DNA of 64,000 nt from the NCBI GenBank assembly GCA_964429015.1, contig CAYSAM010000002.1, positions 25,158 to 89,157 on the forward strand, read 5' to 3'. Shown one piece after another: positions 28,792 through 39,916 of this stretch. A program made the position numbers and the translations under genes. The stretch's first letter is position 1; every line of letters begins with the position of its first letter. The DNA comes from an uncultured Pseudomonadales bacterium. GTDB taxonomy: Bacteria; Patescibacteriota; Microgenomatia; UBA1400; MFAQ01. Under the pieces are notes generated by a model. That model was not told the origin of the DNA. It did not search any database and saw only the letters and a list, made by a program, of their open reading frames with translations.

Positions 28792-29367
28792 TTAGACGAA
28801 TAATGCAATATTCAAAATAAATCTGGCCACTATCGAGCCCAAAACATTTCCACTCTTAGTTCTAATTACCCCATTTATCATCGCCACCGCAAAAACAAAT
28901 ATTAAAACAAAAATCATTTCCAAGCCTCCTACTTTAAAATCAAAAAGCAGTACAGGTAATCTCAAAACAGCTACCAATAAAGCACAAAAAAATATTGACC
29001 ATGTCTCAGGAATACTTTTTTGCAAGTACCCCAAAACGAAACCAGTCAAGGCAATCTCCTCTACTACAGCGGTCACCAAGGCTACACCTAACAAATTCCA
29101 ATTGCCATATAGCACCCCTGGCACCTTTTGCAAAGCAAAAAAATAAAATCCACCAACCACCAATCCAATCACCAAAGATAAAAACATGTTGTCACCAAAA
29201 AGAGAAACTCTTTTTTCTCTCAAAAAAATGTTCCACCAAAACAAAGGCACCAACCAAATTACTGGTTTAAACCACAATTCCTCAATAATCTCTGGCAAGT
29301 TAAAAAAATATCTAAATCCACCCCATATCAATAGCAAATACCCTGTATATAACAACACCTTTTTCAC
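28792..29367 (-). CDS. CPBP-family intramembrane metalloprotease (CAAX protease / Abi)
   Basis: Multi-TM with VTAVVEEIALTGFVLGYL (EExxxR-type motif 1 region). 191 aa. Confidence 0.6.
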   Translation of the reverse strand: MKKVLLYTGYLLLIWGGFRYFFNLPEIIEELWFKPVIWLVPLFWWNIFLREKRVSLFGDNMFLSLVIGLVVGGFYFFALQKVPGVLYGNWNLLGVALVTAVVEEIALTGFVLGYLQKSIPETWSIFFCALLVAVLRLPVLLFDFKVGGLEMIFVLIFVFAVAMINGVIRTKSGNVLGSIVARFILNIALFV

Positions 29368-29388
29368 ACTTCATCCTACCACGTTCAG

Positions 29389-31791
29389 ATGCTGTTAATA
29401 AAGACTGCACCAAAGACAAAGTATATAATTACTCCACACATGGAACCGAAACGCAAAAAGTTTTTTAAAGAGTTAGAAAAAAGAATAGCCACCAAGTCCT
29501 GGAAAAAATTAAACAGCAAATCTTTACTGTTTCTTTTAGCTGGTATTTTTCTGATCTGGCTCTTCTTTCTCCTCAAGGACGTTCCTAGTCCAGCCAAACT
29601 CACCAAAACTCCAGCACCACAAAGTACAAAAATACTTGATCGCAACCAAAACCTCCTGTACGAGGTCTACTCAGATTATCGACGTACACCTGTAAACTTT
29701 CAAAACATCTCTCAAGATGTCAAAAACGCCACCATTGCAATTGAAGATAAAAACTTTTACCGCCATCACGGGCTAGATACTTTAGCTATTATCCGTGCCG
29801 CCTTTAACACTCTAAGAGGTAAAAGACTAGAGGGTGGTTCCACACTCACTCAGCAACTCGTCAAGAATTCTTTATTATCCGACACCAGAAGAACTCTTAC
29901 TCGCAAAATTAAGGAGGCCATACTTTCCGTCGCCACTGAATTTACCTACACCAAAAATGAAATTCTAGAGCTATATCTCAATCACGCACCATACGGCGGC
30001 ACCGTCTACGGCATCGAGACCGCCTCCCAAACTTACTTTGGCAAGTCAGCAAAAGACTTAAATCTTGCCGAGTCAGCGCTTCTTGCTGGATTACCACAAT
30101 CTCCAACCAGATACTCACCATTTGGTGCCAAACCAGAATTAGCCATCAACCGACAACATGAAGTTTTAAGACGTATGTACGAAGACGGCTATATAAACAA
30201 AGATCAATACGATTCCGCCAAAAACACCAAACTTAATTTTTCCAAAAAAAATATAACCATCAACGCTCCTCATTTTTCTCTCATGGTTAGAGATCAACTT
30301 GTCCAAAAATACGGCGAAGACTTAGTCAACCTTGGTGGACTAGTGGTTACAACAACTCTCGATCTAGATCTCCAAAATTATTTTCAAGCTTCGCTCTCAG
30401 CTGAACTAAAAAAAATTGCCAAACTAAAAATTAGCAATGGTGCAGCACTAGTCACCAAGCCAAATACTGGAGAAATTATTTCTTTAATTGGTTCCAAAGA
30501 TTACTATGACAACGATATTGATGGACAAGTAAACATCACTACGGCATTGCGCCAACCAGGCAGTTCTATAAAACCACTAAACTACGCCACAGGTCTTTTA
30601 CTTGGCTGGCCAACTAGCCTTGTTTATTTAGATGTTCCTACTTGCTTCAATGTTCTTGGTCAAAAATCTTACTGTCCCAAAAACTACGATAATTCTTTCA
30701 GGGGACCAGTTTCTATGCGTCAATCTTTGGCAAATTCTCTAAATATTCCCGCTGTCAAACAACTCGCACTCAATAGTATGGACTCTTTTATCGCAACCGC
30801 ATCAGCCATGGGGATCTCTACCTGGACAGACTCAAGCAAATACGGACTTTCTCTCACTCTAGGTGGCGGTGAAGTTACCATGTTCGATCTTGCAAAAGCA
30901 TTTAGTACTTTTGCCAATCAAGGGGTGACTGTTCCTCTTGTTTCTGTTCTTAAAGTCCAAACATACGACGGTATAACTCTAGAAGAGTATGATGCTGAAA
31001 AAACCGCCAATCTCGTCTCTGTTCTTCCAGAAGATTGGGCAACTTTTTGGTCAAGTTCCAGCCATTCTGCCTCCCCTTCTGCCGAACCTGTCACCACCCT
31101 ACCCAAAGAAGTCACTTTCATTATTTCCGACATTCTCGCAGACAACGGCGCTCGCTCCGCAGCCTTTGGCACCAACAGTTTATTAGTAATACCCAATCAT
31201 ACCGTTTCTGTAAAAACAGGCACCACTAACGACCTCAAAGATAACTGGACCATAGGCTACACACCAGATTTCCTCGCTGCCACCTGGGTGGGTAACAACG
31301 ACAATACTTCCATGAGCTACGTTGCCTCTGGTGTCACCGGCGCATCTCCAATCTGGAACAGTATCATGAAAAAACTCCTCAAAGAAATCAAAGACAAACC
31401 ATTATCAAAACCAGAAAATGTTACCAATTTTCAAGTCTGCAACTCCACAGGGTTACTTGCTCAACAAGAAAACCAGTGCGAGTCTCACTCAGAATATTTT
31501 ATAAAAGAAATTCTACCACTTGGTCAATCAGGTATTCCCGTTCGCAAACAAATTTGGGTCAATCGTGCTGACAAGTCTCCAATACAAGAAAACGACACCA
31601 CAACAATTGACAGGGATCTTGAAGAACATACAGTTCTATCAGATCCATTCATCAAAGAATTTTGTTTAGATTGCAACTACCCATTAAACGAAAAGGGTAG
31701 TATTCAGTGGCCCCAAACAAACGTTAACATGTCTACTTTCAAGGCCAACTCAAAAAACTACTTAAATCTAAATGTCCAAAACAGCCCTTAA
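29389..31791 (+). CDS. Class A penicillin-binding protein (PBP1A; transglycosylase + transpeptidase)
   Basis: GT51 motifs EDKNFYRHHGLD and RKIKEAILS. Transpeptidase motifs SSIKP (SxxK) and KTGTTN (KTG). Confidence 0.85.
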   Translation: MLLIKTAPKTKYIITPHMEPKRKKFFKELEKRIATKSWKKLNSKSLLFLLAGIFLIWLFFLLKDVPSPAKLTKTPAPQSTKILDRNQNLLYEVYSDYRRTPVNFQNISQDVKNATIAIEDKNFYRHHGLDTLAIIRAAFNTLRGKRLEGGSTLTQQLVKNSLLSDTRRTLTRKIKEAILSVATEFTYTKNEILELYLNHAPYGGTVYGIETASQTYFGKSAKDLNLAESALLAGLPQSPTRYSPFGAKPELAINRQHEVLRRMYEDGYINKDQYDSAKNTKLNFSKKNITINAPHFSLMVRDQLVQKYGEDLVNLGGLVVTTTLDLDLQNYFQASLSAELKKIAKLKISNGAALVTKPNTGEIISLIGSKDYYDNDIDGQVNITTALRQPGSSIKPLNYATGLLLGWPTSLVYLDVPTCFNVLGQKSYCPKNYDNSFRGPVSMRQSLANSLNIPAVKQLALNSMDSFIATASAMGISTWTDSSKYGLSLTLGGGEVTMFDLAKAFSTFANQGVTVPLVSVLKVQTYDGITLEEYDAEKTANLVSVLPEDWATFWSSSSHSASPSAEPVTTLPKEVTFIISDILADNGARSAAFGTNSLLVIPNHTVSVKTGTTNDLKDNWTIGYTPDFLAATWVGNNDNTSMSYVASGVTGASPIWNSIMKKLLKEIKDKPLSKPENVTNFQVCNSTGLLAQQENQCESHSEYFIKEILPLGQSGIPVRKQIWVNRADKSPIQENDTTTIDRDLEEHTVLSDPFIKEFCLDCNYPLNEKGSIQWPQTNVNMSTFKANSKNYLNLNVQNSP

Positions 31792-32980
31792 AGTAATTCT
31801 TAGCATTGTTATCTCAATCACCACAGTAGTCTTAATATCAGTTGTTTATTGGCAAAAAAACCTGCCTCTTGTCAGTCCTGTCGCCTTCATCGAAAGCATT
31901 TATCAGCCCAGTACAAAAAACAAAAGGATCGTTTATGGTTTCTTGCCTTACTGGAATCTAAAATACGCCAAAGAGCTTCAAATAAACCACCTTACTCATC
32001 TTGCATATTTTGGACTAGATTTAAAATCAGACGGTACAGCCAACAAAAAAGTAAACGCGAGGGAATTAGAACCAGGATGGAACAAACTAAACTCAGACAC
32101 CACCAAAAACATTCTCTACCAAAGCAAACTTCTCAATCAAAAAACAGTCCTAACAGTCACCGCCATGGAGCCAGAAATCATTTCCTCTATTGTCAACAAT
32201 CAAACTTACACTCAAAACTCTATAAATGACATTCTTCAGGTTTATAAAGACTTCAACTTCGATGGTATCAATATCGATTTTGAATACGTTGGGATACCAG
32301 ACGAAGTTACCAAAAAAAACTTTACCAATTATATAAAGCTCATAAATCAGGAGTGTAAAAAAAGTTACCCCAAATGCTTTATCGATATAGATATCTTTGG
32401 CGATACAGCCGAAAAAAACAGGCTTTGGAATCTAGAAGAGCTCCATCCACACGTTTCCCATATTATTGTTATGGCCTACGATTACTACCGCAAATCATCT
32501 TCCCAAGCAGGGCCAGTTGCTCCATTGACTGGCTCATGCAAAGGACAAAGCGATAATCCTTGCCTAGAACACGATATTCTTCAACACATATCTTTAATAA
32601 CCAAAAAAGTACCCCAAAATAAAATTATTCTTGGAATTCCTTTTTATGGCTACGAATGGCAAACAGCCTCAGAAGATTTTTTGGCTAACACCTATCCAAA
32701 AACCGGAAGCATAGCAACATACCAACGAATTCAAGAAATAATTACAAATCCAGAAACAAGCTCACTATCTGCTAAATGGTCAAACTCAACCCTTAGTCCA
32801 TATTTAGTTTATTATGAAGACAAAAAAATAAAACAAATCCATTACGAAAACCAACAATCCCTAAAACTAAAAATCGATGTTCTAAATGCAACTAATTTGG
32901 GAGGAATGGCAATTTGGGCACTTGGCTACGAAGTCCCATATCAAGATCTTTGGCAACCGATTTTCGAAATGAATCGTTAA
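31772..32980 (+). CDS. Glycoside hydrolase family 18 domain protein (chitinase-like / YaaH-like)
   Basis: N-terminal TM. Catalytic motif FDGINIDFEY (DxxDxDxE). C-terminal MAIWALGYE. Confidence 0.7.
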   Translation: MSKTALKVILSIVISITTVVLISVVYWQKNLPLVSPVAFIESIYQPSTKNKRIVYGFLPYWNLKYAKELQINHLTHLAYFGLDLKSDGTANKKVNARELEPGWNKLNSDTTKNILYQSKLLNQKTVLTVTAMEPEIISSIVNNQTYTQNSINDILQVYKDFNFDGINIDFEYVGIPDEVTKKNFTNYIKLINQECKKSYPKCFIDIDIFGDTAEKNRLWNLEELHPHVSHIIVMAYDYYRKSSSQAGPVAPLTGSCKGQSDNPCLEHDILQHISLITKKVPQNKIILGIPFYGYEWQTASEDFLANTYPKTGSIATYQRIQEIITNPETSSLSAKWSNSTLSPYLVYYEDKKIKQIHYENQQSLKLKIDVLNATNLGGMAIWALGYEVPYQDLWQPIFEMNR

Positions 32981-33060
32981 AATAAGCAAACTTTTCCCTC
33001 TATTTTTTTTCATCCAAAAAACATAAAATTGTCTTATCTCCTGCCCTTTCATACCACATC

Positions 33061-35097
33061 ATGTTTAAAGACAAAAAAAGAATCACTAAACTATTTTTAT
33101 ATATCGGTTTACCTTTATACCGTCTATTTCTTGTTGCCATTATTGCCACTTTTTACACCTTAAGAAGACTAAAACATCTAGTTCAATTAATTAAACTACC
33201 CAAAGTTAATTTTTCCCCTCCCAAAACCAAAACAATCTCTCGATTACTTTTTCTTATCTGCCTCCTCCAAATCACGTTTTTAATTTATCACTTCTTCTCA
33301 ACTCTCCCCAACCCAAAACTGCTAAACCACTTTCCGGATAAACTATCTACTAAGATTCTAGATCGAAACGGTAATTTGCTATATCAAATTTATAAAGATG
33401 AAAATAGAACTGAAATCAAAATTGGCAACTTACCCACACACGTTAAACTAGCCTTCCTAGCTGCCGAAGATAAAGACTTTTATAAACATCACGGTTTTTC
33501 TCTTACGGGGCTAATGAGAGCTTTTTATAAAAACTTAGTCAAAGATCACGTCGAAGGTGGCTCAACTATTACTCAGCAACTTGTAAAAAACACTTTACTC
33601 ACCAACGAAAAAACTTTTGTTAGAAAAATCAAGGAACTTGTACTCTCATTAGAGGTAGAAGCTATGTACACCAAAGATAAAATCTTGGAAATCTATCTTA
33701 ATCAGGTTGGTTTTGGCGGCCCCGCCTACGGTATCCAAGAAGCCGCCCAACAATACTTCAACATCGACGCTAAAGATTTATCTATCTCTCAAGCCGCTTT
33801 TCTGGCAGGGCTTACACAAGCACCCACCAAATACTCACCTTTTGGGGAAAATATTCAACTTGGCATAGAAAGACAAAAAATTGTTTTACAACAAATGCAA
33901 AAAAATCATTTTATTACTGATGAAGAATATCAAAATTCACTACACGAAACCATTCTCTTCAGATCTGCCAAAAACGACATTATTGCTCCCCACTTTGTTA
34001 TGTATGTCCGTAGTCAACTTATAAATCAGCTAGGTGAAAATATCGTCAATCAAGGCGGACTAACCGTATACACAACCCTAGATCAAAACATCCAAAACGA
34101 AGCACAAAAAATAGTCTCCCAGGAAATTGAAAAACTAAAGGGATTAAACGTTACAAATGGCTCTGCTTTAATCACTAATCCACAAACAGGTGAAATATTA
34201 GCTATGGTAGGCTCCAAAGATTACTTTAACCTCAACGAAAATGGCCAAGTAAATCTCACTACCTCTTTGCGCCAACCAGGCAGTTCCATCAAACCTCTAA
34301 ATTACGCCCTTGCCTTCGAAAAAGGCAAAAAACCAACCGATACCGTAGAGGATAAGCCACTTTCAATTATCTACCCAAACAGAACAACTTGGACACCAAA
34401 AAACTACGATAACAAATTTCATGGAACAGTAACTCTTAAACAAGCCTTAGCAAACTCTTACAATATTCCCTCAGTTCTCCTTCTAAAAGAAAACGGTATA
34501 GCTGAATTTGCCAATTTTGCCCATAAAATGGGTATCAACTCTTGGTCTGACACTAGCCGCTACGGACTATCCATGAGCCTTGGCAGTCTCGAGGTCAAAA
34601 TGACCGAATTAGCCACTGCATATTCATCTTTTGCTAACAATGGAGTCGTTACGCCTCTAACATCAATTTCCAAAGTAGTATCTAGTGAACAAGGGCAAAT
34701 ATACTTTCCTAAGTGCCAAACAGTTGAAAATCAAGAAAGCAACAAGTCAGTTCTAGCCAACGAAGACAACTGTCTATCGCGTCGTGTAATAACTAATCAA
34801 ACTGCAAAACATATCACCGAAATACTTAGTGACAATATTGCCCGCTCCAGTGCCTTCGGTTCCAATTCCGTGCTGAATATCAAAGGTCACAAAGTCGCTG
34901 TAAAAACTGGCACTAGCAATGATCTCAAAGATAACTGGGCAATCGGCTATAACGAAAATTATTTAGTATCCACCTGGGTGGGAAACAATAATAGCCAACC
35001 CATGTCACACATTGCTTCAGGAGTTACGGGTGCTTCTCCAATTTGGTCCAAAATTTTCAACAACCTTCTTATAAAACCCCTTGCCTCAAGTAACTAA
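33061..35097 (+). CDS. Class A penicillin-binding protein, second paralog
   Basis: EDKDFYKHHGF, SSIKP and KTGTSN; same architecture as 29389..31791. Confidence 0.85.
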   Translation: MFKDKKRITKLFLYIGLPLYRLFLVAIIATFYTLRRLKHLVQLIKLPKVNFSPPKTKTISRLLFLICLLQITFLIYHFFSTLPNPKLLNHFPDKLSTKILDRNGNLLYQIYKDENRTEIKIGNLPTHVKLAFLAAEDKDFYKHHGFSLTGLMRAFYKNLVKDHVEGGSTITQQLVKNTLLTNEKTFVRKIKELVLSLEVEAMYTKDKILEIYLNQVGFGGPAYGIQEAAQQYFNIDAKDLSISQAAFLAGLTQAPTKYSPFGENIQLGIERQKIVLQQMQKNHFITDEEYQNSLHETILFRSAKNDIIAPHFVMYVRSQLINQLGENIVNQGGLTVYTTLDQNIQNEAQKIVSQEIEKLKGLNVTNGSALITNPQTGEILAMVGSKDYFNLNENGQVNLTTSLRQPGSSIKPLNYALAFEKGKKPTDTVEDKPLSIIYPNRTTWTPKNYDNKFHGTVTLKQALANSYNIPSVLLLKENGIAEFANFAHKMGINSWSDTSRYGLSMSLGSLEVKMTELATAYSSFANNGVVTPLTSISKVVSSEQGQIYFPKCQTVENQESNKSVLANEDNCLSRRVITNQTAKHITEILSDNIARSSAFGSNSVLNIKGHKVAVKTGTSNDLKDNWAIGYNENYLVSTWVGNNNSQPMSHIASGVTGASPIWSKIFNNLLIKPLASSN

Positions 35098-35379
35098 ATC
35101 TTGTACTTCACAAAAAACTTATTCTCCTTCTCCCCACCATCAATCTCTTCCACATTTTGATTCTTTGAGTTCTCGGTTTTTTGAATTTTTACTCCTTCCC
35201 CATTTATCATCGCTTTCATCCAAAATCCCAACGAAACCAACACTACCAAAACCAAAACAAAAAAAACCGCTTTTCTATCCCTACTTCTTTCCTCTTTTGA
35301 CTTTTTCTTTTTTTCCTTCTTTTTAACAACTTCTTCACCAGCCTCTCCTTCATCCAAAACATCGTCAAAATCTTTTACT

Positions 35380-36360
35380 TTATTCATAGACTTTTATTTC
35401 AGCATTTATCAAACAACTCGGCTGTCTACCCTCTAGAGCATCTCTTAAGTTATCAACCAATACTTTTGCCATCGAGTCTCTAGCCTCTACTGTTGCCGAT
35501 GCGGTGTGAGGTGTCAGTACCACGTTTGACATAGCCAATAGCTCCCCAGGAATACTCATCTCATTTTCAAAAACATCCAGTCCCGCACCCGCGATTAGAC
35601 CATCTTTCAACGCTTTAATCAAATCTTTCTCTACTACTAAGCCACCCCTTGCCGTATTAATAAACAAAGCACTTCTCTTCATCAAAGAAAACTCTTTTAG
35701 AGTAAAAAGATGTTTTGTTTCTTCGTTCAAAGACAGCGACAAACTCACCACATCCGAAAGCTCCAGTAATTTTTCCAAAGTGTGATAAATACAATCATTT
35801 TCTTCTTCAAACTCCAAGTTTCTATTTCTATTAAAATAGATCACTTTCATCCCCAACCCCTTAGCTAATCTTGCTGTCCACCTACCAATTCTTCCAAGCC
35901 CTACCACTCCTATTACCTTATTCTTTACACTTGTTCCAAGTAACAAATCTGGCTCCCACCCTTTATATTTACCGGATCGAACCAATCTATCCCCCTCTAC
36001 AATCCTTCTGTACAAAGTAAAAATCATTGCAACCACTTGTTCAGCAACCGATTCCGTAAGAACTCCAGGAGTATTAGTTACACAAATACCTCTTTTAGTC
36101 GCCGCCTCCACATCTATATTGTCATAGCCTACAGCATAATTACTTACTACTTTCAGTTGTTTTCCCGCTACATCCATTACCTCCGCATCAATTTTTTCAG
36201 TCAACAGGGACACAATACCTACCGACCCTTTCACTCCCTCAAGTAATTCTTTTCGCGTTATATTTTTTCCAGGATAAGTTATCACTTCAAACTTATCTCG
36301 TAAGGATTTCACATATCTCTCCAAAAAAATATGCGTCACAAAAACTTTAGGTTTATCCAT
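35380..36360 (-). CDS. D-isomer-specific 2-hydroxyacid dehydrogenase (glyoxylate/hydroxypyruvate reductase-like)
   Basis: NAD-binding VIGVVGLGRIGRWTARLAKGLGMKV. Catalytic-domain residues around TPHTAS. Confidence 0.8.
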   Translation of the reverse strand: MDKPKVFVTHIFLERYVKSLRDKFEVITYPGKNITRKELLEGVKGSVGIVSLLTEKIDAEVMDVAGKQLKVVSNYAVGYDNIDVEAATKRGICVTNTPGVLTESVAEQVVAMIFTLYRRIVEGDRLVRSGKYKGWEPDLLLGTSVKNKVIGVVGLGRIGRWTARLAKGLGMKVIYFNRNRNLEFEEENDCIYHTLEKLLELSDVVSLSLSLNEETKHLFTLKEFSLMKRSALFINTARGGLVVEKDLIKALKDGLIAGAGLDVFENEMSIPGELLAMSNVVLTPHTASATVEARDSMAKVLVDNLRDALEGRQPSCLINAEIKVYE

Positions 36361-36372
36361 ACATTCATTTAA

Positions 36373-37353
36373 TCACACTAACCCCTCAACCATTTTTAGT
36401 TTCTTTTTAAGCCTTTTATTCATATCCACCATATTAAGTAACCCATCTTTTGCCCCCATATAAGTAACAACACTGCTACCATTTGCCAGGCCCGCCTTCA
36501 AAATTTCCACTTCATTTTTATAATTAAGCATCGCCCATACAGCTCCAGAAACAAAAGCGTCACCTGCTCCAGTATCATCAATAGACTTATCCGGAAAAGT
36601 ATTCATCTTCCACCAATTACCAGAACGAATCAAACATGCCCCTCTTTTTCCATCAGTAATCGCAATAATTCTTGGACCAAAACTGCTAATTTTTTTATAA
36701 GTCAATTTTTCCTCGTCAAAACTTATCCCAGTTAACTTACTTGCCTCATCTTTATTCAAACTTAGAAAATCTACTTTTGGTAATAACTTTTTAAAATCAA
36801 TCGATTGAAGTTCTGCTTTTCCTGGGTTTACACCAACCCTAACCCCAATGTTAAAGCAAAAATCAACCAAATCCGTTAACAAATCCATTCTCCCACCCAA
36901 ACTAGAAATCTGTAACCAATCAGCTTTTTTTATTAGTTCCCAATCTATATCTCTACTTTCAATGTTTAAACTCTCACCTCTATATGTCACAATCGATCTT
37001 AGTCCATTGCTAGCAATCAACACAGAAGATACTCCCGTTTCTCCTTTTCCTTTTTGAAGCAATTCAAGGTCTAATTGTTTTTCTTCTAGCTCTTTTACTA
37101 TTAAGCTACCCATGTAATCATCTCCTATTCTAGATACAATTTTTACCGCCTCACCCAACCTTTTCAAGCCAACCGCCACGTTACTTCCCCCACCACCAGA
37201 ACACAATTTACAAGTATCAGCTTCTATTTTTCCTCCCAAAACCTCTGCCATCGCTACCCCACCAGGTACTTCGTGGCTTTTTAAAACCCTAAATTCTTTA
37301 GATTTCATCAAAACATCAACTACACTTGCACCGACTACAACAACTTTATTCAT
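36373..37353 (-). CDS. PfkB-family carbohydrate kinase (ribokinase-like)
   Basis: GGGGSNVAVGL near the N-terminus and the anion-hole motif DTGAGDAFVSG near the C-terminus. Confidence 0.75.
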   Translation of the reverse strand: MNKVVVVGASVVDVLMKSKEFRVLKSHEVPGGVAMAEVLGGKIEADTCKLCSGGGGSNVAVGLKRLGEAVKIVSRIGDDYMGSLIVKELEEKQLDLELLQKGKGETGVSSVLIASNGLRSIVTYRGESLNIESRDIDWELIKKADWLQISSLGGRMDLLTDLVDFCFNIGVRVGVNPGKAELQSIDFKKLLPKVDFLSLNKDEASKLTGISFDEEKLTYKKISSFGPRIIAITDGKRGACLIRSGNWWKMNTFPDKSIDDTGAGDAFVSGAVWAMLNYKNEVEILKAGLANGSSVVTYMGAKDGLLNMVDMNKRLKKKLKMVEGLV

Positions 37354-37414
37354 TACCTCATTCTAGCAAACCGATGATCTATAAAAATTACTAAGCTGCT
37401 AAAATAACAAAGGC

Positions 37415-37861
37415 ATGAAACCTTTTGTCCTTCTCAAACCAAAAACAGGAAAAGAAATTCCATTCATTATTCTCATCAGCTTTCTTCTCACTTTTATTGT
37501 TTCTCGCCTAGTTGTCTTTTACGGACCAACTTCCAACTTTTACCTCAAAGTCAAAGGTGTCCACGTTCACCATCTGGCTTACGGTATTTTTCTACTTAGT
37601 TTGGTGGGGTTTCTTAGTTTAGTTTTAGAAAGAACAGAAAAAGTTCGCCTCCAACTTTCAGTACTATACGGAATCGCTTTAGGGCTAGCTTTCGACGAGT
37701 TTGCTATGTGGATCCAGTTAGAAGATGTCTATAAAGATCGTTCTACTTACGATGCCATTGTTACTATCACCCTCATTCTTCTCAATGTTGTTTACTTTGG
37801 TGATTTTTGGAAAAAATGGCACAACCACCTCGGCACCCTCCTTCGCAAACTCACCTCCTAA
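37415..37861 (+). CDS. Hypothetical membrane protein (4 TM)
   Basis: 148 aa, with hydrophobic helices. Confidence 0.3.
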   Translation: MKPFVLLKPKTGKEIPFIILISFLLTFIVSRLVVFYGPTSNFYLKVKGVHVHHLAYGIFLLSLVGFLSLVLERTEKVRLQLSVLYGIALGLAFDEFAMWIQLEDVYKDRSTYDAIVTITLILLNVVYFGDFWKKWHNHLGTLLRKLTS

Positions 37862-38195
37862 TTTTTCTACTCTCACACAACAACACAACCAACAACGAAA
37901 ATGCCACCACTGGCAACAAAAATATAGATTGAAAGTAGACAAACAACCCAAGAAACTCAAGCAAACTCTTAGTATTCAACTCCTGAACAAATACGATATA
38001 TCCTAGAGAAACTAAAAACACAGTGACTACATCTATAGCAACAAAAGAAGTCAACAAACGTAATCCATTTGCCCTCAACCATTTTTCTTCCTTCTTTAAT
38101 TCTGACTTCGAAGCTGGATATGGAATAAATATCATGTTTTCATTATAGATCAAATCTAATTTCCAAAATCAAAAATCCAAAAACAAAATTAATAT

Positions 38196-38936
38196 CTAAA
38201 ACCCAAAAACTATCTCCGATAATTTTTTCGAAATTTCAGTAGGATTTTCGTGTTGCCAAACATTTCTTCCAATCGCAATCCCTTTAGCCCCAGCTTTCAT
38301 CACGCCAGCAACCTCTTCTTCTAGGTTCTCCCAATCAGTCTTCATTCCACCTTGTGCCAAAACCCCAGTTTTACCCGCTGCTCTCACCACCCAATTAAAG
38401 CTCTCCGGGTCACCTGTGTAAGGTACTTTAACAAAGTCAGCATTAAGTTCTAGTCCTAGCCTTGCCCCATAGGCGACAGTATCCCTCTCACTCTCTCTAC
38501 CAGCAACTTTAGATCCTCTAGGGTACATCCACGCAATTACTTCCAATCCCTTGGCGTGTGCCTCATCTTCAATTCGCGAAAATTCTACCAACATTTGTTC
38601 TTCATGCTCACTTCCTACATATATCGTATAACCAACTGCTTTAGCTCCCAATTCTATGGCCTTATCTACAGTACAAAGTTGCAAAGACAACGGCTCTTCA
38701 CTATAAAAAGACGTTTTTCCATTTAATTTTACAATTAGCGGTACACCGCAGTCTTTTTCGTAGTATCTAGCCGCAACGCCCTCTTGAAAAACCACCCCAG
38801 TAAAAAATCCATTTTTTGCAATCTCCATAATGTATTTAGGGTCAACATTTTTTTCATCAAAGTCCACCGGACCATGTTCAAAACCTTGGTCATATGCCAA
38901 TATCATCACCTTACCGTTTTTATCTAAAACACTCAT
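38196..38936 (-). CDS. Class I fructose-bisphosphate aldolase, DhnA/archaeal type (DeoC/LacD TIM-barrel family)
   Basis: VPLIVKLNGKTS (Schiff-base Lys region), 246 aa. Its neighbourhood contains transketolase, Rpe and RpiB. Confidence 0.65.
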   Translation of the reverse strand: MSVLDKNGKVMILAYDQGFEHGPVDFDEKNVDPKYIMEIAKNGFFTGVVFQEGVAARYYEKDCGVPLIVKLNGKTSFYSEEPLSLQLCTVDKAIELGAKAVGYTIYVGSEHEEQMLVEFSRIEDEAHAKGLEVIAWMYPRGSKVAGRESERDTVAYGARLGLELNADFVKVPYTGDPESFNWVVRAAGKTGVLAQGGMKTDWENLEEEVAGVMKAGAKGIAIGRNVWQHENPTEISKKLSEIVFGF

Positions 38937-39907
38937 TTTTTAAAAACTAAATTTTTTATAACTTTTACTAAATTTTCACTAGTTAAACCATATTTTTTCA
39001 TCAGCTCTTCTGGTTCTCCACTCTCCCCAAAACCATCAACCATTCCCAACCTTACCATCTCAGTTGGGCATTTTTCTGAGAGAACTTCTGCTACTGCACT
39101 ACCCAAGCCACCAATTATGGAGTGCTCTTCAGCCGTTACCACCTTTCCAGTTTTTTTAGCCGAACGCACAATCGCCTCAACATCAATAGGTTTAATAGTG
39201 TGTATGTTAATTACCTCTACCTCTATAGTTCCAGCCAATTTTTCCGCAGCAACCAAAGCTTCATAAACCATACTTCCACAAGCAAACACGCTGATGTCTT
39301 TACCACCCCTCAACACTTGCGCTTTACCAAACTCAAAAGGCGTTTCATTTGTTGTAAATACTTCTCTGGCGGGCTTAGTCATTCGCAAGTAACATGGTCC
39401 CTGTTTTTCATTTATAGCCCAAACCGCTTTTTTAACTTGTTCATAATCAGCAGGCACCACAATATTCATGTTAGGTAACACTCTAGTCAAAGCAATGTCT
39501 TCAAAACTTTGTTGATTGGCTCCATCTGCCCCATTTCCAAATCCACTATGCCCTCCCACAATTTTTACATTTTCTTTAGTCAAACAAACTGATACTCTAA
39601 TTTGGTTCCAATTGTTTCCAGGATTAAAACAAGCAATCGAGTTTACAAAAGGCGTCATCCCACTCATCGCCATTCCCGCCGCTATCCCCATCATATTTTG
39701 CTCTTGTATCCCTACCTCAATAAGTCTGTCAGGAAACTCGCGTTTAAAACTCTCAAGCTTCAAACTATCAAGCAAATCAGCAACAAGAGCCACCACCTTC
39801 TTATCTGTTCTCGCAATTTCCACTATGGCCTCACCATAACCATCCCTCATCGGCTTCTTTGTTACCTTCCCAAAATCCACCACCAAATTCATATTTTGAT
39901 TCAACAT
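38933..39907 (-). CDS. Transketolase, C-terminal (pyrimidine-binding + C-terminal domain) subunit
   Basis: The split form is paired with the N-terminal subunit upstream. GIQEQNMMGIAAGMAMSG and the pyrimidine-binding region. Confidence 0.85.
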   Translation of the reverse strand: MLNQNMNLVVDFGKVTKKPMRDGYGEAIVEIARTDKKVVALVADLLDSLKLESFKREFPDRLIEVGIQEQNMMGIAAGMAMSGMTPFVNSIACFNPGNNWNQIRVSVCLTKENVKIVGGHSGFGNGADGANQQSFEDIALTRVLPNMNIVVPADYEQVKKAVWAINEKQGPCYLRMTKPAREVFTTNETPFEFGKAQVLRGGKDISVFACGSMVYEALVAAEKLAGTIEVEVINIHTIKPIDVEAIVRSAKKTGKVVTAEEHSIIGGLGSAVAEVLSEKCPTEMVRLGMVDGFGESGEPEELMKKYGLTSENLVKVIKNLVFKK

Positions 39908-39916
39908 TTTGAGTTT

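Noticed and set aside
35094-35387. 97-aa Lys/Glu-rich ORF with one TM between the PBP and the dehydrogenase genes
   Set aside because: It is plausible as a small membrane protein (its start overlaps the dehydrogenase stop), but the composition is low-complexity and there is no motif. Not called.
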